Origin: Cercozoa sp. M6MM
Lineage: Eukaryota; Protista; Endomyxa: Ascetosporea
Assembly (NCBI GenBank): GCA_040357565.1
Contig: JBDODJ010000011.1
Length of the DNA stretch: 64,000 nucleotides
Direction: 5' to 3' (one strand)
Position numbers and translations under genes: made by a program
Part shown: positions 39,356 through 53,700 of the stretch, one piece after another
How the letters are laid out: each line of letters begins with the position of its first letter
Numbering within the stretch: position 1 is the stretch's first letter
Notes under the pieces: model-generated
Databases searched by the model: none
Seen by the model: only the letters and a program-made list of their open reading frames with translations
Told to the model about the DNA's origin: nothing

Positions 39356-39664
39356 GCGTGTCTATACGCAAAATACCGTATGTTGAAGCGACTCTTGTCT
39401 CTATCTTATGTCTACTTTACCGCAGCTTTCTTCAGGTTTTCACTCTGGCGAAAAACTGAAAAATAGTGTTTTTGTTTTTGAAACAGTTTTTCACTTTGAT
39501 ACAAAAAATAAGCAATTCGACAGCCAGTGTTTTGACAAAACTGCATGGACTGAACTGAACCAAAGCTGCTAGTTGGCATCGTACTGCGCTGAACCAACTG
39601 AAGGATACTAGTTTTCGACCAAATTTAGGCTGCAGTAGTGGAGAGAACTGAACTAGCGTAGGAA

Positions 39665-42600
39665 TTAATCGTCGAGCGAAGCCAAGAGTGCCTCCAGATC
39701 GTCCTCGTCGGTTTCAGGCACGTCGCTGTTGGATGTGCCGGTGGCAACAGTTTCGGAGTGCTCTTCTTGTTCGAACTCCTCCAACGCACGCTCGGCAAAC
39801 GACTGCTTGGGTGCACTGTAGTTGAGACAACATGTGTTGGGTCGAGTTTGCGTATCGAATTTGGGTCAACTGAGCAAAAAGCGCTACACTGGGAAAAACG
39901 CGTCCGGTGAGCCGCTGTGCCGCACAAACTCGCGCTGAGCCGATTCTATCGCATCGTGGAAGCCCACTACAGCATTTGACACGTTTTAGAAGTCCCAACA
40001 GTAATCCAAGTTTGTGTGTGTGGGATAAAAGTCTGGGTACACTGGGTGCAGTCGAGATCGCGCACGCCATCAGTTTGGCGCGGTGGCAGCACCTTCTGCT
40101 GCCAGCATGCGAGTCGTACAGCGTCTGTGTCCTGTTCAACGAAAAAGAATAACAAACGCTCCTTGAACTCGGTACTGGGATAGACGAACGACGGTCTGTA
40201 CCTGGCACACGCGTCGTTCGACACGTGCGAGTGCGTCGGCGGAGCGAGCGATGAGATGCAGCAGCACGTGTCCGCGCGGACAGCATTCACTGAGATGATC
40301 CAACTGCAGGACGGTGACACCGTCGGTGACACCGTCGGTGACAGAGCGATCGGCAGGACGAGTACCGTCCTGCACGGTGAGCAGCGCCAGACAGGTGTCG
40401 TTGCCGTGCCGATCGGTGAAGGCGGTGCCACTGATGCCGCGTTTCGCCAGACACACCGATCGGTACACCGTCGAGTGATCCGACAGATCATCGGCGGCAC
40501 CGTCGTTGTAGCCAGAGAAACCGTCGATCGGGCCGGCGGAACCGTCGAGACGGTACTGCGCACTGGCGACGACGCGTCGAGCGCGCACAAACTGCGCGGC
40601 GTTGCTCACCACGCCCACGAGCACCTGGCGTTTCTCACGGACGGTTTCGTCGCTGCCGCAATCACTGCGATCACTCGAGTCAGTGACGGTGGCAGTGACC
40701 ACGTGTGACGGTGCTGCGCACAGAGCGAAGGTGCCACGGTGCAGTGCCGACACGCGCGCAAAGGCCTGCGTCACCTCCGAGGCGCCGTACAGCGGCACCA
40801 GCAGCGCGCCCTGCGTCAGACGGCCCACCTGCACGCACACCGAGAAGGGGGGAGGGGGGTAAAGCAAGAAACAGGCAAAGGGACGGGTAAAGGGGTCAAA
40901 ATACTCAATAAGAATCAGTTAATAGTTAACAGGGGTCAGGTGGGATAAAAGTGGAGTAAAGAATGGGGTAAAGTATGGGATAAAGAATGGGCTAAAGAGT
41001 GGGCTAAACAGTGCAAGAAAACCGAGGTGCAGAAGGCGCGAACGCGCCGGAGGCCCTCGAGTGCGCCGACGTCGGGCTGCAGCGGCGAGGCCGCCAGCGA
41101 GCAGAGCACAAAGTGCGCCACCGTGTCATCCAGTCGCTCGCGCTGCCGCAGCAGCTCGCGCAGTGTCATGCCCTCCTGCACACACGCAACACCCTTAACC
41201 ATACAGCACCCTTAACCATACAGCACCCTTAGCCATACAGCACACTTAGCCATACAGCACCCTTAACGATACAGCACCCTTAACGATACAGCACGCTTAA
41301 CCATACAGCACCGTTACCACAAACACCCCTTCAACAAAAACATCCTCCAACAAAACCACTGTAACTAATAGATTTCGAGTTTTTGAACGCACAAAACACT
41401 CGCTTAACTAATACATAAGCACCTTTAACGAACGCACAGCACCCCTTTAAATAAACACAGAGTCTGCGTACGGGCGGGTCGAAGCGTTGTCGCAGGGCGG
41501 CCACCTCGCGCGGCAGCGACTCGAACAAACTCGCGTCGGCGGCGGCGTCGGCCGCGTTGAACTCGGCTCCGACGGCGTCGGCATCGCCCACGACCTGTAC
41601 AACCGGACAATCCAAACGGACAGTCCACACGGACAGTCCACACGGACAGTCCAAACGGACAGTAAAGTGTAGCCACCTTCTTCACGAAACGCATCAGCGC
41701 GCGCTTCTGCAACGGCGTCAGCAGCGTCGACTGGAACACCTGCTCGGGAGAGGGGTAAATAGGGGGGAGTAAAGAGGGAGGGGGTAAAGAGGGGTGAGGG
41801 GGGTAAAGAGGGAGGTAAGGGGGGAAGGTCAAGAGGGAGATAAGGGGGAGGGTCAAGAGGGGTACACACGGGGGGGGGGGGGGATAAAGTCACCTGGCCC
41901 TTAGTAGACGGCACCAATCGTGCATGCATTTTCTCTTCGTCTGTATGGACATACATAGACAGCCTTGTCCATATGTACGGTTCACTTGGACCACAAGTAC
42001 CTTCACTGTGCGGGACGTAGTAGCACTTGTCCAAGGCACGAAACTGCACGTAGTTCTGCCAGGGGTTAAAGGGGAATGTGAAAGGTAACAGCACAAGATA
42101 CTGGGGTTAAAAGTGAAAGCAGGGGGGTAAAGGGGGGGTAAAGGGGTAAAGGGGGGTAAAATTAAACCAGAAACGCACCTTAACCTGCGTGCGTCGCATC
42201 AGATCGATCAGGTGCGACTTGGAGAACACCACGTTCGGCTGCGTCTCGATACTGAGGGGGGCAAAGGGGTTAAGAGGGCGTAAGGGGGGTAAGGGGGTAA
42301 GGGGGGTAAAGAGGGGGGCAAAAAAGCAGTCACACATGAACTGCCGCGGTCTGTCGACCGTCACGTCAGCGTCGACAACGACATTCTCTGGCATGCCCTG
42401 TCCAAAAAAACTAAAGTGATCGATCACACACACCGTCAGTGATCACTGCTCTGTGATCGATCAAAGTGATCACACCTGTCGCACGTGTCTCAGACGGTGC
42501 AGTTTCAAGTCGGCGAAACCGTCGCCCAAAACTCCCGCAATCTCGCGCAGTTTCTCGGCGCTGTCGAATGCGCGCTGCGGTAGTGCTGCGTGCTAAGATG

Positions 42601-43128
42601 GGGGGGGGGGGTAAACTGGGTAAACAGGGAAACAGGAGGGCAAAGGGGATAAGGGGTAAAGAGGCTAAGGGGTAAAGAGGCTAAGGGGTAAAGAGGCTCA
42701 GGGGTAAAGAGGCTAAGGGGTAAAGGAGGTAAGTCTCAAGCTGCAGTCGGTTCCATCCAACAAGACACCAGTCTGATTAAAGTACCATGTCTTCCAGCGC
42801 ACCTTGCTGCAGTTGCGACAGCGTAAAGCCCGCGCATCGCTCGCCATAGTACGAGTTAGCGTCCTTTTCAAACACAAACAACACACAAACAGACACACAT
42901 GCATTTACCCCACCCAAACAATTAAACAAGAAAGTACCATGTGCAGTATGCGCTCGCCTGCCACTGACAGAGCGCTCGACAGCACCTATAAACAACATAA
43001 ATCTGTTAAGTGGTGCCACTTCTACAAAATCAACTCTAAGCTACTGTCATGCCGACGCCCGTGCCGACTAGAACGGCGTCGAACTCGCGCTCATTCTCGC
43101 TGAACTCCACAAACTCCGTCGCCGACAT
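39665..43128 (-). CDS. CHM: Rab escort protein (REP/CHM/Mrs6, GDI superfamily)
   Basis: MSATEF...FDAVLVGTG, ALSVAGERILHM|DANSYYG, IETQPNVVFSKSHLIDL, YVQFRAL, VPSTKG|QVFQSTLLTPLQKRALMRF, PLYGASEVTQAFARVSA. Acidic tail ETDEDDLEALLASLDD* (TAA 39665-39667). Confidence 0.88.
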
Positions 43129-43327
43129 TCTTGCGTGTAATAACTGTGTGCACACACGTGTGCTAAGCGTTTTAATATCAAAAAGTGCACCCAGTGCACG
43201 CGAAACACAGCACAATTCGAAAGAACAGCAAGAATCTGAGTATCAGCTCTGCGATTTCGTCACCGGAGCCAGGAGGCTGTGTCGTGTCTTTTTCTCACTG
43301 TTTAGTGGATTCCACGGGTGCTGAAGC

Positions 43328-44705
43328 ATGCCACAGCGCGCACAACAGTGGAACACAGTGCCGAGTCGCCGACGACGTCGGGGACCGCCTTCTCGAGGTC
43401 ATTTTCATAATTAATTTCGAAGCAGGTTAATTTAGACTGCTTGCTGCAGGCGTTTCGCAACGCGAAAGAACCACCGTTCTGAGAGAGCAACAATTCGAAC
43501 TGAGTGGTAGATTTTGTGTTTTTAGTATGTCTCGGGAGTTAGACTGGATCGGCGCAGCTGCCGAGTTCGAAGAGCACTGTGAGGAACTGCAAAAGCGTCT
43601 GAACTTGCTGAGGTAGACCACAGCCTTAACTATTGGGGTGTTCCAAGTCTGTTCAATTTGTAGTGATCGATTGAGCGAACACGCGGTGTTTCTGGATACT
43701 GTGAGTGCACTCAAGAACCAGATCGACTTGGTATGGCTACAGACTGTACAGCATGTATGCACACAGTGCTCGGGGTCTTTAGGACAAGGTGCGGCACGTC
43801 GTGTGCTTTGGAGTTGGATCGCCGCATCTGCGTTTCCGTGTTGATGGAGCTCAGTGCGTACTTTGCCCTTTTCTCTGTTACCTCGGGTAATTGATACGGT
43901 GCGCACCACAGGCATTCGCATTGGCACTGTCCAAAGCATGCAACGACGCACGCATACACTACTTCGATCCTGCTTCCGATAAGGTACTCTTGTATTCGAA
44001 TTGAGAGAGGGGGATATCACTCAGTGTTTGGTCAGGTGGATGCCCATGTGCTGCAAGCGATGGGCGTGTTTTTGCTGAGCAACACACACTGCGTCCTCGA
44101 TGTCGTTTCTGCTTTTGATTTGCACCAAGGTACTTTGAGAGTCAGTGCGTGTACCTGTTATAATCAATGCTTGTTCCAGATGAGCGAGTGCTGTTGTTCA
44201 TGCCACATTGCAACGCGCCCATGTACCACAACGTGCTCTGCAGCAACTGGTCGCATCTGAACCGCATCATTCTGTTGGGTACTTCCCCTTTCTCTGATCT
44301 GACTGGACCAGCTAAGATCAATCGAGCAGGAAACCCACTGACACGCTACCTGAGCGACTCATCGTCCCACGTGGCCGCGCGTAGCGCTGGCGGCATCTCT
44401 GGTACTTTATCTTAAGTTATGTTGCTGTAGCTTTCTGGCAGACGTCTTTAGGACCCACCGAGGCCATGGAACGCTTGCAAACGACAACACGGACCACACA
44501 CATTTCCGACTCTTTCCACACGCCTGGTCCCTCTCATCTGAGCTACATTTGGATACCACGTGTTTTATTCCCGCGCGCGTTGCGTGTGTTTGCAGGTGTG
44601 TTCAACGAGCTTGCTCTTAGCACGTTCGGCGACACGCCGGATCCGAGCCGAAAGCCACCAGCTCTGTACGATCCAGCGAGCGATGACGTTCCTCTTATTT
44701 TGTGA
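43328..44705 (+). CDS. SRRD: SRR1-domain protein
   Basis: MPQRAQQWNTVPSRRRRR start; signature LLFMPHCNAPMYHNVLCSNWSHLNRIILL|GNPL; C-terminal VFNELALSTF. Confidence 0.8.
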
Positions 44706-45452
44706 CCAGAAGAGACTTAAGTTCGTCGCGTTATCCGTGTATCGTATCTGTGCACCCGAACGGTTTCGGTCGTGGGTGGCCGTACGTGCACGGCAGTAAT
44801 AACAATTTAACGTAATATGACCGGGTCGAACGGAATACGGCATTACGTTAAGCTACAGGACACGCTTCCAGATCACAGCTCTATAGGCAGTAGTACCGCA
44901 GAGCCACAAACTTTAACTCTTCTTTCTCTTTGACTTCAATGATAGGAGACCAACGGTCTGGCATATCTGTCTCGGGCAGTCAGATCACGGGGTGATCAAA
45001 GTCCTCGGCCTTTCTCCCCAACATTGCATTTTGAGTCGTTTGAATAACCTCAAACGCTTGAGCACTAGCTAAAAGCACTAGCACTCGAGTGCCGTTTTTA
45101 CCGCCACGAGCATGGTTCCCTCAGGGCTTCCCCATCGAATCAGTCTCAGGTGCTTCGTGTTCAACACTCTTCGGAGCGGCTCTGTCGAATATACCTCCAT
45201 CGGTGCCCGTACACAGCTACTAGTTACCTAATAGCTAGTTTACTGACTGACTTGACAGTACTTTACAGCAGGTAAATTTATTGACACGGACTACTGTAAT
45301 TCAGTATGGTCTTGAATCATCACGGTTAAACGAGGAAGCCCAGGCACGTATTGTAAACAGTACTAACGTAACATAACGAAAGGCTTCATACTAGCTTTTC
45401 GTTTGCGTTGGTCATTTCTCAGCCACGCACCGCCACTGCAAAGACGAGACGT

Positions 45453-48435
45453 CTACTGGCGCAGGTAAAACACCGGCTGCGGGCCTGCGATTCACACACA
45501 GAGGAGTTAAAGAACGCCGTACTTCATCAGGTACTACATCAAGCTAGGGGCGTTGGTACCACGCTGACGGTGCAGCGACATGGCGTCGGCGTACTTGCCA
45601 CTGAGCCAGCTATCGGCCGTGTGCACCGGCGCAGGCAGGCGGATCAGCTCTATTGACACACATCACGGAGATGCTCGGAATGAGCAGCAGGGGAAGGAAA
45701 GAACTTACTGCCACGCGAGGCGCCAATCTTGAGGTGCTGAGCGTACACCGTGAGGTACACCAGGTCGTCCTGCGCCAGCGGACTGAACACAAGTTCATCG
45801 AATTGGAAAGTGAGAGTTAGCAACAACGAAGAAAGGAAAATTACGTGGTGTTGGCGCGAACGATGAAGCGGCACGGCGACTGGTTGCCAACGGCCTGCTC
45901 CACATTGTTGCATGTTAAGCATGCAAGGCGATACTGTAGGTGTGCGTACCGTGTAGAACTCAGCGCCCATGGTAATGCACGGGTCGTTGTTGATCTGCAC
46001 AAACAAGAGTCAAGTGAAGAGGAAACACAGTGCAGAGGTTGACCAGACAAGAGAGAACAGAGACACACCACAAACTGGTTGTGATCGCCACGCGGCGTGG
46101 CAACAATGAGCGCCGGCTTCTTCTCGGTGTACACCAGCGTGTACGGCACTGCCGCCTGCACACACAATACGGGGATCAATAACAAGCAAACACAGGCACA
46201 GGTAGGGCCTACCATGTCAGCAATCGGGCCCATTGCGTTTTTAATGGCAGCGAGTTCCTCTGAAAAGGCAGTAAACTTAGTTACACAGACCAAAGTAAGA
46301 GAGGTTCAAAGTACCGCCCGGGTGCTGCTTGGTAGTCTGCGTAGCGCGGTAGATGAGCATCGTCTTGGCCTTGGAAGCACCACGCGCCTTAATCAGCAGG
46401 TCAGCCACCAGGCGCGGCTCGTTCTGCTGCGGGCACTGCTCGGGGAAGGGTAGGGTGTACAGGGGTATAAACAAAAATGAAGAGGGAAAGAAATACCTCG
46501 GCGCACCAAGAGCGCACCTGCTCGAACTTACCACCACACTGCATCACCTGTCAGACCAGAAGAGGAAATATACAGAGGTGTCACAAGTGATTATCCAAAT
46601 ACGAGTCGCCAAATACCACACAGACACGGCGCATCTGCGGCGAGGAACCACCGCCGGTCTCGATGCCGCAGATGGCGACGCCTGGCATCTTGCGCTTGAC
46701 GTCTTGCGACAACACCGGTGCCAGCGTTGGGATGCCTGTACAAAGAAAGAGCAGAGTTAGGTACAAAGGGCAACACAACAACAGGAGTGCACATACCGCA
46801 GCGATTGACAGCCGAAGCAAAGAGGCCGAACATGGCATCACTCTTGCGGAAGGTGGCAATGGCTACCTTCTGCACCGGCACCTTGCCCGGGGCACTGCGC
46901 TCGCCCGGCGGCAGCTTGGTCATCTGAGGACGTAGTAAGAGATAATGGGAGTAGATGTCGTGTACAGGAGACGTACAATAGCCTCAGAGGCATGCAGTTT
47001 CTTCTGGAAGTCATCGCAAGCTACACACAGACTACTCATTCGATTAACATCAGATACAAAGAGTGCCTACCCTTGGTGCTGCCGTGCTTGCCTTTCCTGC
47101 ATCAGAAGACAAACAATGATGAGTCCAAGGGCAATAAAAGGTGAGTATAAGGGCAATAAAAGGTGAGTATAAGGGCAATAAAAGGTGAGTATAAGGNNNN
47201 NNNNNNAGGGCAATAAAAGGTGAGTATAAGGGCAATAAAAGGTGAGTATAAGGCAAAAGGTGAGTACAAGGGCAATAAAAGGCAAGCAAGAATACGGCAT
47301 AACGACGAGGACAACATGGCGGTTCGACGACTTCGGGTCGAGCGGGCACTGCTGCTGCGTCTGCACAACCAACAAGTAAACGAAGCAAACAAAGCAGACA
47401 AAAGGGAGATGTCACCTGCTGAATGACGTTAACAGCGTCGCGGAACGAAGCCTCGACCTCCTCGCCCACATCGACACGCAGCGACGGGTCGTTCCAGCGA
47501 TCGCTCTCTGCAAGCAGTGAATATAAGAAGCAAGAGGTGCCAGGTGGGAGAAGGGAATAAACCAGTCTGCAACTCGCGCATGGCAGTGTTGATGTCGCGG
47601 TCGTTGCGCACACCACAGAACACAGGGTGCAGTGTCACACGCACCTGCGCCCACACAGAAATAGTAGGATATGGCTATCTAACTGGAGGGCCACAAAGCT
47701 ACCTGTCTTAATTTGGGGTGGCCATTCACACGGTCCTGACCGGCCGTGTTAATGCGCGGGTTCAACTGGCGCAGCAGCACACGGTGCGGGTTGATCGACA
47801 CCTGCGTACAGGAGAATCTAGAGTGCACAGAAAGAGAAAAGCAACAAGGAAGCAAGTACAGCCGAGAAGGCGTTCAGCGGATCCTCGCGCAGGTACGGCA
47901 CCGCGCACGCTTGCCACCTACACTCAGCATGGATAAAAAGAGCAACGTGGTACAGGGGCAACAATACAGCTCCTTGGCCAGGCCAACACGCTCATCAGCA
48001 CGGCGCACGCTCGTGCTCTGTCGAAACACACCATCACAAGAGTTGAAGTAAGAGTTAAAGCGAAGTAAGACACTCACCTGGTTGAACATGGCCTTGTCGC
48101 TCTCGTCAAAAAGCGGGTTGGCCTTGACGTGCAGCAGATCAGTCGCAAAGTGCACGCGCAGAGGCTCATCGCCTGCAACAGGGATATACTTTAATAAAGA
48201 GAAAGAGGCCGGCAACACACCAGTGTTAAAGTCGGCGTTGCGCTCCTTCTGGTGGCCAGCGTTGGTGACGCAGAAGGCCATGAAGGGCGCCTCTCGCACC
48301 TTCAAGTCGTGCACCTGCTGGTAGTGCTCGGCGTGCGAGATCTCGACAATGTCCCCCTGACGGTTCTTCCACATGTGCCGCTCGTGCACACCGTGCGACA
48401 GATCGATTCCTGCATTCAAAATATATATGTGTGCA

Positions 48436-48466
<31 letters not shown>

Positions 48467-50043
48467 GGCGATGGTGATACCATCGACACGACGAGTACGT
48501 TGGGCGTACTGGAAGAACATGTCCTTCCTTGCCAAGGCAGCAGCCTACGCAAGCAGGGACACAGTGTCCAGAACTAGAAAACAACAGAACCAGAGAGACA
48601 ACAAGAGGGACACACCATCTCCTGGCGGTCGTTGCAGCTGCTCAGCATGTCGTACACCGAGGCTTGGCAGAAGGCCTGCTTGCGCGGAGTCACCGAGACC
48701 CACGCTTTGCGCTGCGCCACGTTGACGCCACGGACGCCTGGGAAGGAGGAAAGAGTAAGGTTCCGGAGAGACTAACGTTCACAGAAGGCAGGTACCAAAC
48801 TCGAAGCCTGCAAACACGTTCACCTGGCACATGTTCTTCGGCAGACCAAAGCGCGCCAGCGAAGGTGCGTTCAGCACAGCAGGCTGCAAGGAAAGGCCAG
48901 GTAAAGAAAAGAACAACATCACAAAGGATAACAAAAGATGAAGACTTACGTTCTGCGTGTTGTACGAGATGCTAAAGAAGGTGTCCTGCAGCTTCATGAT
49001 GTCATCCTTGTTCTTGAGAGCGCCTATTTAATTATCCACGTACTCATTGGAATTGCAGTGGAACTGCAGTGAAACAGTGTGTTGTTTACCGTTGACTAGG
49101 AAGAGCACGAGTTGTTCGAACTCGGGCTTGGTCATGTCACCGATCGAGCGGAACTGGCCCGAGTGCTCAAGACGCACCTCGACGTCTTCACCTTCGACGC
49201 CGACAGCAGGCGCCGTGAAGACGCCGTTGATACGCTCTGCGCGAACATAAACATACCCACAAGACACACAAAGACAGAGAGAGTGGGAAGAAACGCAAGA
49301 GTTGTACCGCCTGTGTAGAGCAGCAGTGTGCCACCAGTTAGATGGAAGTGTCGGCCTTTGCTGCACGAAAGAGACAGCACAAGGCATGACGAGCAATTTG
49401 CACTGACAGATGAGGAGCAAGCAAGCACACCGAGCAGCCGACGGAAGGTCGTAGAAGTAGCGCTTGCGTTGTTCGACCGAGTAGTCGAGGTCGTGGCCGC
49501 CTTTGGAAACTACCATCGACGCCTCTGCAGAGAAACAAAAACAGGCACAATGGATTTAAGTTCAAGAGGAAAGCAGAGCGGCGCAATTACTGTAGATGTT
49601 AAGGTCGCGCAGCGTCAACTCAAACACGTTGCTCGGAGCCTCTGCTCAATCAACAAACGAACTACCCCACAACCAGGAAAAATGAAAACAAAAGAAGATA
49701 CCGGCGTTGGTGAGACGAGGCGCTCCACGGCCTCCTCGACCACGGCCTCCTCCTCGACCACGACCGCCACGGCCTCCTCCGCGTCCTCCACGGCCTCCGC
49801 GTCCTCCACGGCCACGTCCTGGAAGCAAGAGGCGATGTCTCGGTTCCGAGACAAGTGGGTGGAAAAATCAGAAATGCTACCACGTCCTCCACGTTCTCGG
49901 TTAGCACGTCCTGTTCATCCAATTGAAGCTTGTAAAAGCACAGGTGGTGAGCACCGCTCTTTTCAAAGTTCCGAAACCCGGGCTCGGTTCCGGTTCCAAA
50001 AGCGACCCAACCGAGAACACACAGAAGCAAACCAACCACTCAT
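45453..50043 (-). CDS. Highly divergent PIWI/Argonaute protein with an N-terminal RG/RGG tract
   Basis: Spliced start MSG|RANRERGGRG|RGRGGRGG. PAZ-like EISHAEHYQQVHDLKV. PIWI motifs in the expected order: VPVQKV, GIP, AICGIET, TMLIYRAT, EELAAIKNA, YTLVYTEKK, CITMGAEFY, GNQSPCRFIV, LVYLT, IRLPAPVHTAD, C-terminal VFYL. Confidence 0.82.
47128..47282. repeat. 22-bp intronic minisatellite (AGGGCAATAAAAGGTGAGTATA) containing an N gap
   Basis: Directly visible; gap at 47197-47206. Confidence 0.9.
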
Positions 50044-50758
50044 TGCTGCGAATCTTGCACTTTTAGGCGACCAGAAGACTCGACAAGGATTTGTTTTGCA
50101 AAACAAAAACGCGCCGGACTTTTAGGCGGTATTAATTAAGGAAGCGTTTGCCGGAACCAGGAACCGGCTTTTCTCGTCCCCTGCCACAAGTACCGTCTTG
50201 TTTTGACAGCATTGTTAGTGCCGGACTGGGAGTATTATTCAACTACCAAAAACTCGACGGGTGACGTGCACAAATTAATCTCACTCATGCGCCGGGGCTA
50301 CGCAGAAACACACGCACACAGTACTTGTTGCCCCATTCAAGAAGTAATGTGCGGTTTCTGTTAAAGTTCGCAATGCTATCATAAGTCACAGTTAATTTAT
50401 ATCAGACTGCATTTCATTTTAATACGGTACCCTGGAAGCAGGTACACGTTTCTACTACCAGAAGCTAGAGCATACTGTACCGTAGATTCACAGCGGCAGT
50501 GCCTGCACATTCTGCATTTTCGCCACTTGTGCCATGCGTTCGGCAAAAAAGCTACCTGATATCTAAGGGTGTGTCGCTCTGCATTGACCTTATTGCGATC
50601 GAAGGCTTTAAATGTGCAGTATCAAGCCACACCGGCAGAAACAGTGAAATTATTTGCCTTTATAAAAATAGCCAGAGTACAGTCCATTTGTACGCTGCAG
50701 AACTTGCCCAAGCCGCATTACTAGGCACCAACCCGCCAATCTGGGCTGTGCGAATGGA

Positions 50759-53700
50759 ATGGTGCGCTTGAGCACGGTTCAGCTGCGTCGCGCTGCGCGA
50801 GCGTCTTCTCGTCTGAGAGCCTCGCGCGGCCAGCGCCGTGCCATCACATGTGAGTTGTCTGCTGGCACATGATACATCCGATGCACATCGGGCCTTACCG
50901 CACAGCTACGCGCAGTGCACGATTGTGAATATTTTTTGCCGATCGGTTACAATTTGTTTCGCTTGGCATTGGCGTTTTTCGGGGCCTCGCTCTTTGTGCG
51001 TTTGTTGTTTTCTGTGTGCGTTGATGTGTCGTGTCTGTGCACAGATGCACCGCAACAAACGCCGGGTTACGACCCGCGCCACGGTCCGATCGAAGAGGTC
51101 TGGCTGAGTCAGCTGGTGCCGAGCAAAGCGGCCCTCGAAAAGATGACGGACGAAGCACGTCAGCGTCGCATGCGCGCCGTGTGCCGCGGTCTGTTGTCGA
51201 ACTACGTTAAGGTGGAGCAGCTGGAGGCCATGTCGCTCGCGGCTCAGGAGCAACTGCTGCGCGACGAGTGGCGCAAGGTGTGCCGCTTCCAGCAGAAGGT
51301 AGCCTTTCTGCCATGTGTGTCTGGCCTGTGCCTGTGGCCTAGCCTGTGTGGCCTAGCCTGTGGCCTGAACTGTGAAAGCCTTGTGCTTGTTGTTCTCACG
51401 GTGTTGTACTCTCACTCTGACTACTCTTGCAGCTGTCGGAGTTGTCGGGAATCTCGCCGCACGAGCGCATCTCGATGGTGGAGAAGTTCGGCGTCATGCG
51501 TCCCGACCGGCAGCGTCTGCGCAACTACTCGCCGGGCAACGTGGTCGAGCTCATGCGGCGCGACGGCATGCCGGCCGACCCGTACCTGCGCACGGACGAC
51601 CGTCCCGTGGTGGACATGACGCCGCAGGTGGCGCGTCGCCGCGCACTCAAGAAGCAGCTCAGCGAGCTCAAGAAGGGCACCTCGATCTCGGACGTCAAGC
51701 GCGACGTCTACGAGCAGCAGGTAGCCTGTCTTGCCCCCTTACACTTTATCCCCTTACACCTTACCCTTCCACCTATCCCTTACACCTTACCCCTACCCCT
51801 TACACCTTCCGCCTACCCTTGCCCTTACCCCTTACACTTACCTTACCCCTTACACCTTGCCCTTACCCTTACCCCTTGCCCTTACCCCTTACACCTTGCC
51901 CTTACCCTTACCCTTACCCTTACCCTTACCCTTACACCTTGCCCTTACCCCTACACCTTACCCCCCTCTGTCCCGTCCCATTTACCCCCCCCCCCTGCAG
52001 CTGCTGCGCCCGGACCATGCATTGGCCGAGTTCCGCCGCACGTTCCACGTGCTGCCCAACGACGTGCAGGCGCAGGTGATCGACGACATCGTGGAGCGCA
52101 AGGTGCTTGCCAAGCGTTACGAGAAACTCGCCGGCCACGAGGCTGTTGTAGGCTTTACTATTTACCCCTTTGCACATCCGAACTGAACTCCCTTTGACAC
52201 AGGTGGCAGGCACATCGGCATCGGGAGACGATGTCACGTCGGACGAGGGCCTACTGGCCGAGCTGGCCGATGAGGCGACGTCGCCGGAGCGTGCCAAGGA
52301 AGTGCTGCAGCGCTATGTGCAGTTGCGTGCTGAGAAGTACCGCCTGGAGCGTGCTGCTGGTGCCGAGCTGCTCATGCGCCGTCTGCAAAAGGTGCGTTGG
52401 CCCCCTGCCCTCCCGGTACCTCGTATCTCCCTATTCACTACCCCACGTGTAGGCGGCCGACGAACTCGAGTTCAACAAGCAGCGCACCTGGGGTGTCGTG
52501 GTGCGTCTCCCGGAGGTGGCCTTCGACCCGGAGCAGGAGATCACGAGCACGCCGCTGTCGCCGTACAACACGCTGCACACGGCATCGAACCCGTACGACA
52601 TCAATCAGAAGGAGGACTACCACTTCCGCATGGCCATGGATGAGGGTAGCTCTCCTTGCCTGCTATACTTGCCTGCTTTACTACACCTATACTTACCTAC
52701 TATACACCTATACTTCCCTACTATACTACACCTGTACTTACCTACTATACTACACCTATACTACACCTACTTACCTACCTATATTGCACCTATACTACAC
52801 CTACTTCCCTACTAACTTCCCTCCTATACTTAACTACCCCCCTGGTGTCCAGACTCGTACACCTTCATGGGCGGTAAGATCCTGCCAAAGGGACACCGCG
52901 AGACGGGCTCGAGCCGCATGCGCACGTCGATGCCGGGTCTGGTGCGCGACTGGGACGGCCGTCTGTGGACGTTCTACCTGGAGAACATCTCGTCCGAGCA
53001 CCAGGAGGCCGCCGATCTGTTCGAGCGACCTCACAACCTGCACGATGCCACAGAGAAGCAGTACAACCTCGGCACGGTGGTGACTTTCACCAAGCTGTCG
53101 CACACGCCGGATGCTGAGGAGGCCGAGCGTCTGCGCGAGTTCACGCGCGCTGCCAACATGTAGTCTTGTCTCTCTTGTCTCTCTTGTCCCTCCCCCCCCC
53201 CCCACCTATACTCATCTTACCCCTATACCTATACTCCGTACCCTTATGCCTCTTACCCTATATCCCTCATTCCTTACCCTTCTACCCCTCTCTTATACCC
53301 CTACATATACCCCTATACCCCCTATCATACACCCCTTATACCTTACCCTTATACCTTACCCTTATACCCTATCATATACCCCTATACCGTATCACATACC
53401 CCTATACCCCTTACCCCTACCCGTGCCTTGCCCAGGTCGCGTCTGCTGCCGGACCTGCAGGACCAGCGCGATTGCAACTCGATCGCCGAGCGCAATGCCA
53501 AGCACTCGCACGAGTTCCACGACGGTGACGAGATCGACCCCGAGATCGACCGCATCCAGGACATTGTACTTGCCTTGTAGCCTTCCCCCCTGTAGCCCTG
53601 TATCCGCCTTTTTCCGTCCTGCAGAACGAAGACATGGACGACTTCATGCTGGCCGAGGACGAGATGGACGAGGTGGGCCGTGAGCAGTACCGCGACATGT

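Noticed and set aside
47128-47282. CRISPR-like array (also 23820-23905 and 41196-41320)
   Set aside because: Head-to-tail tandem units without unique spacers, in eukaryotic introns, with no cas genes.
51780-51960. (CCCTTA)n as an interstitial telomere
   Set aside because: The unit differs from CCCTAA, is degenerate, lies within GT-AG introns and follows gene orientation like the other intron repeats.
52142-52202. Non-canonical GC-AG intron
   Set aside because: An in-frame GT donor at 52148 explains the junction equally well.
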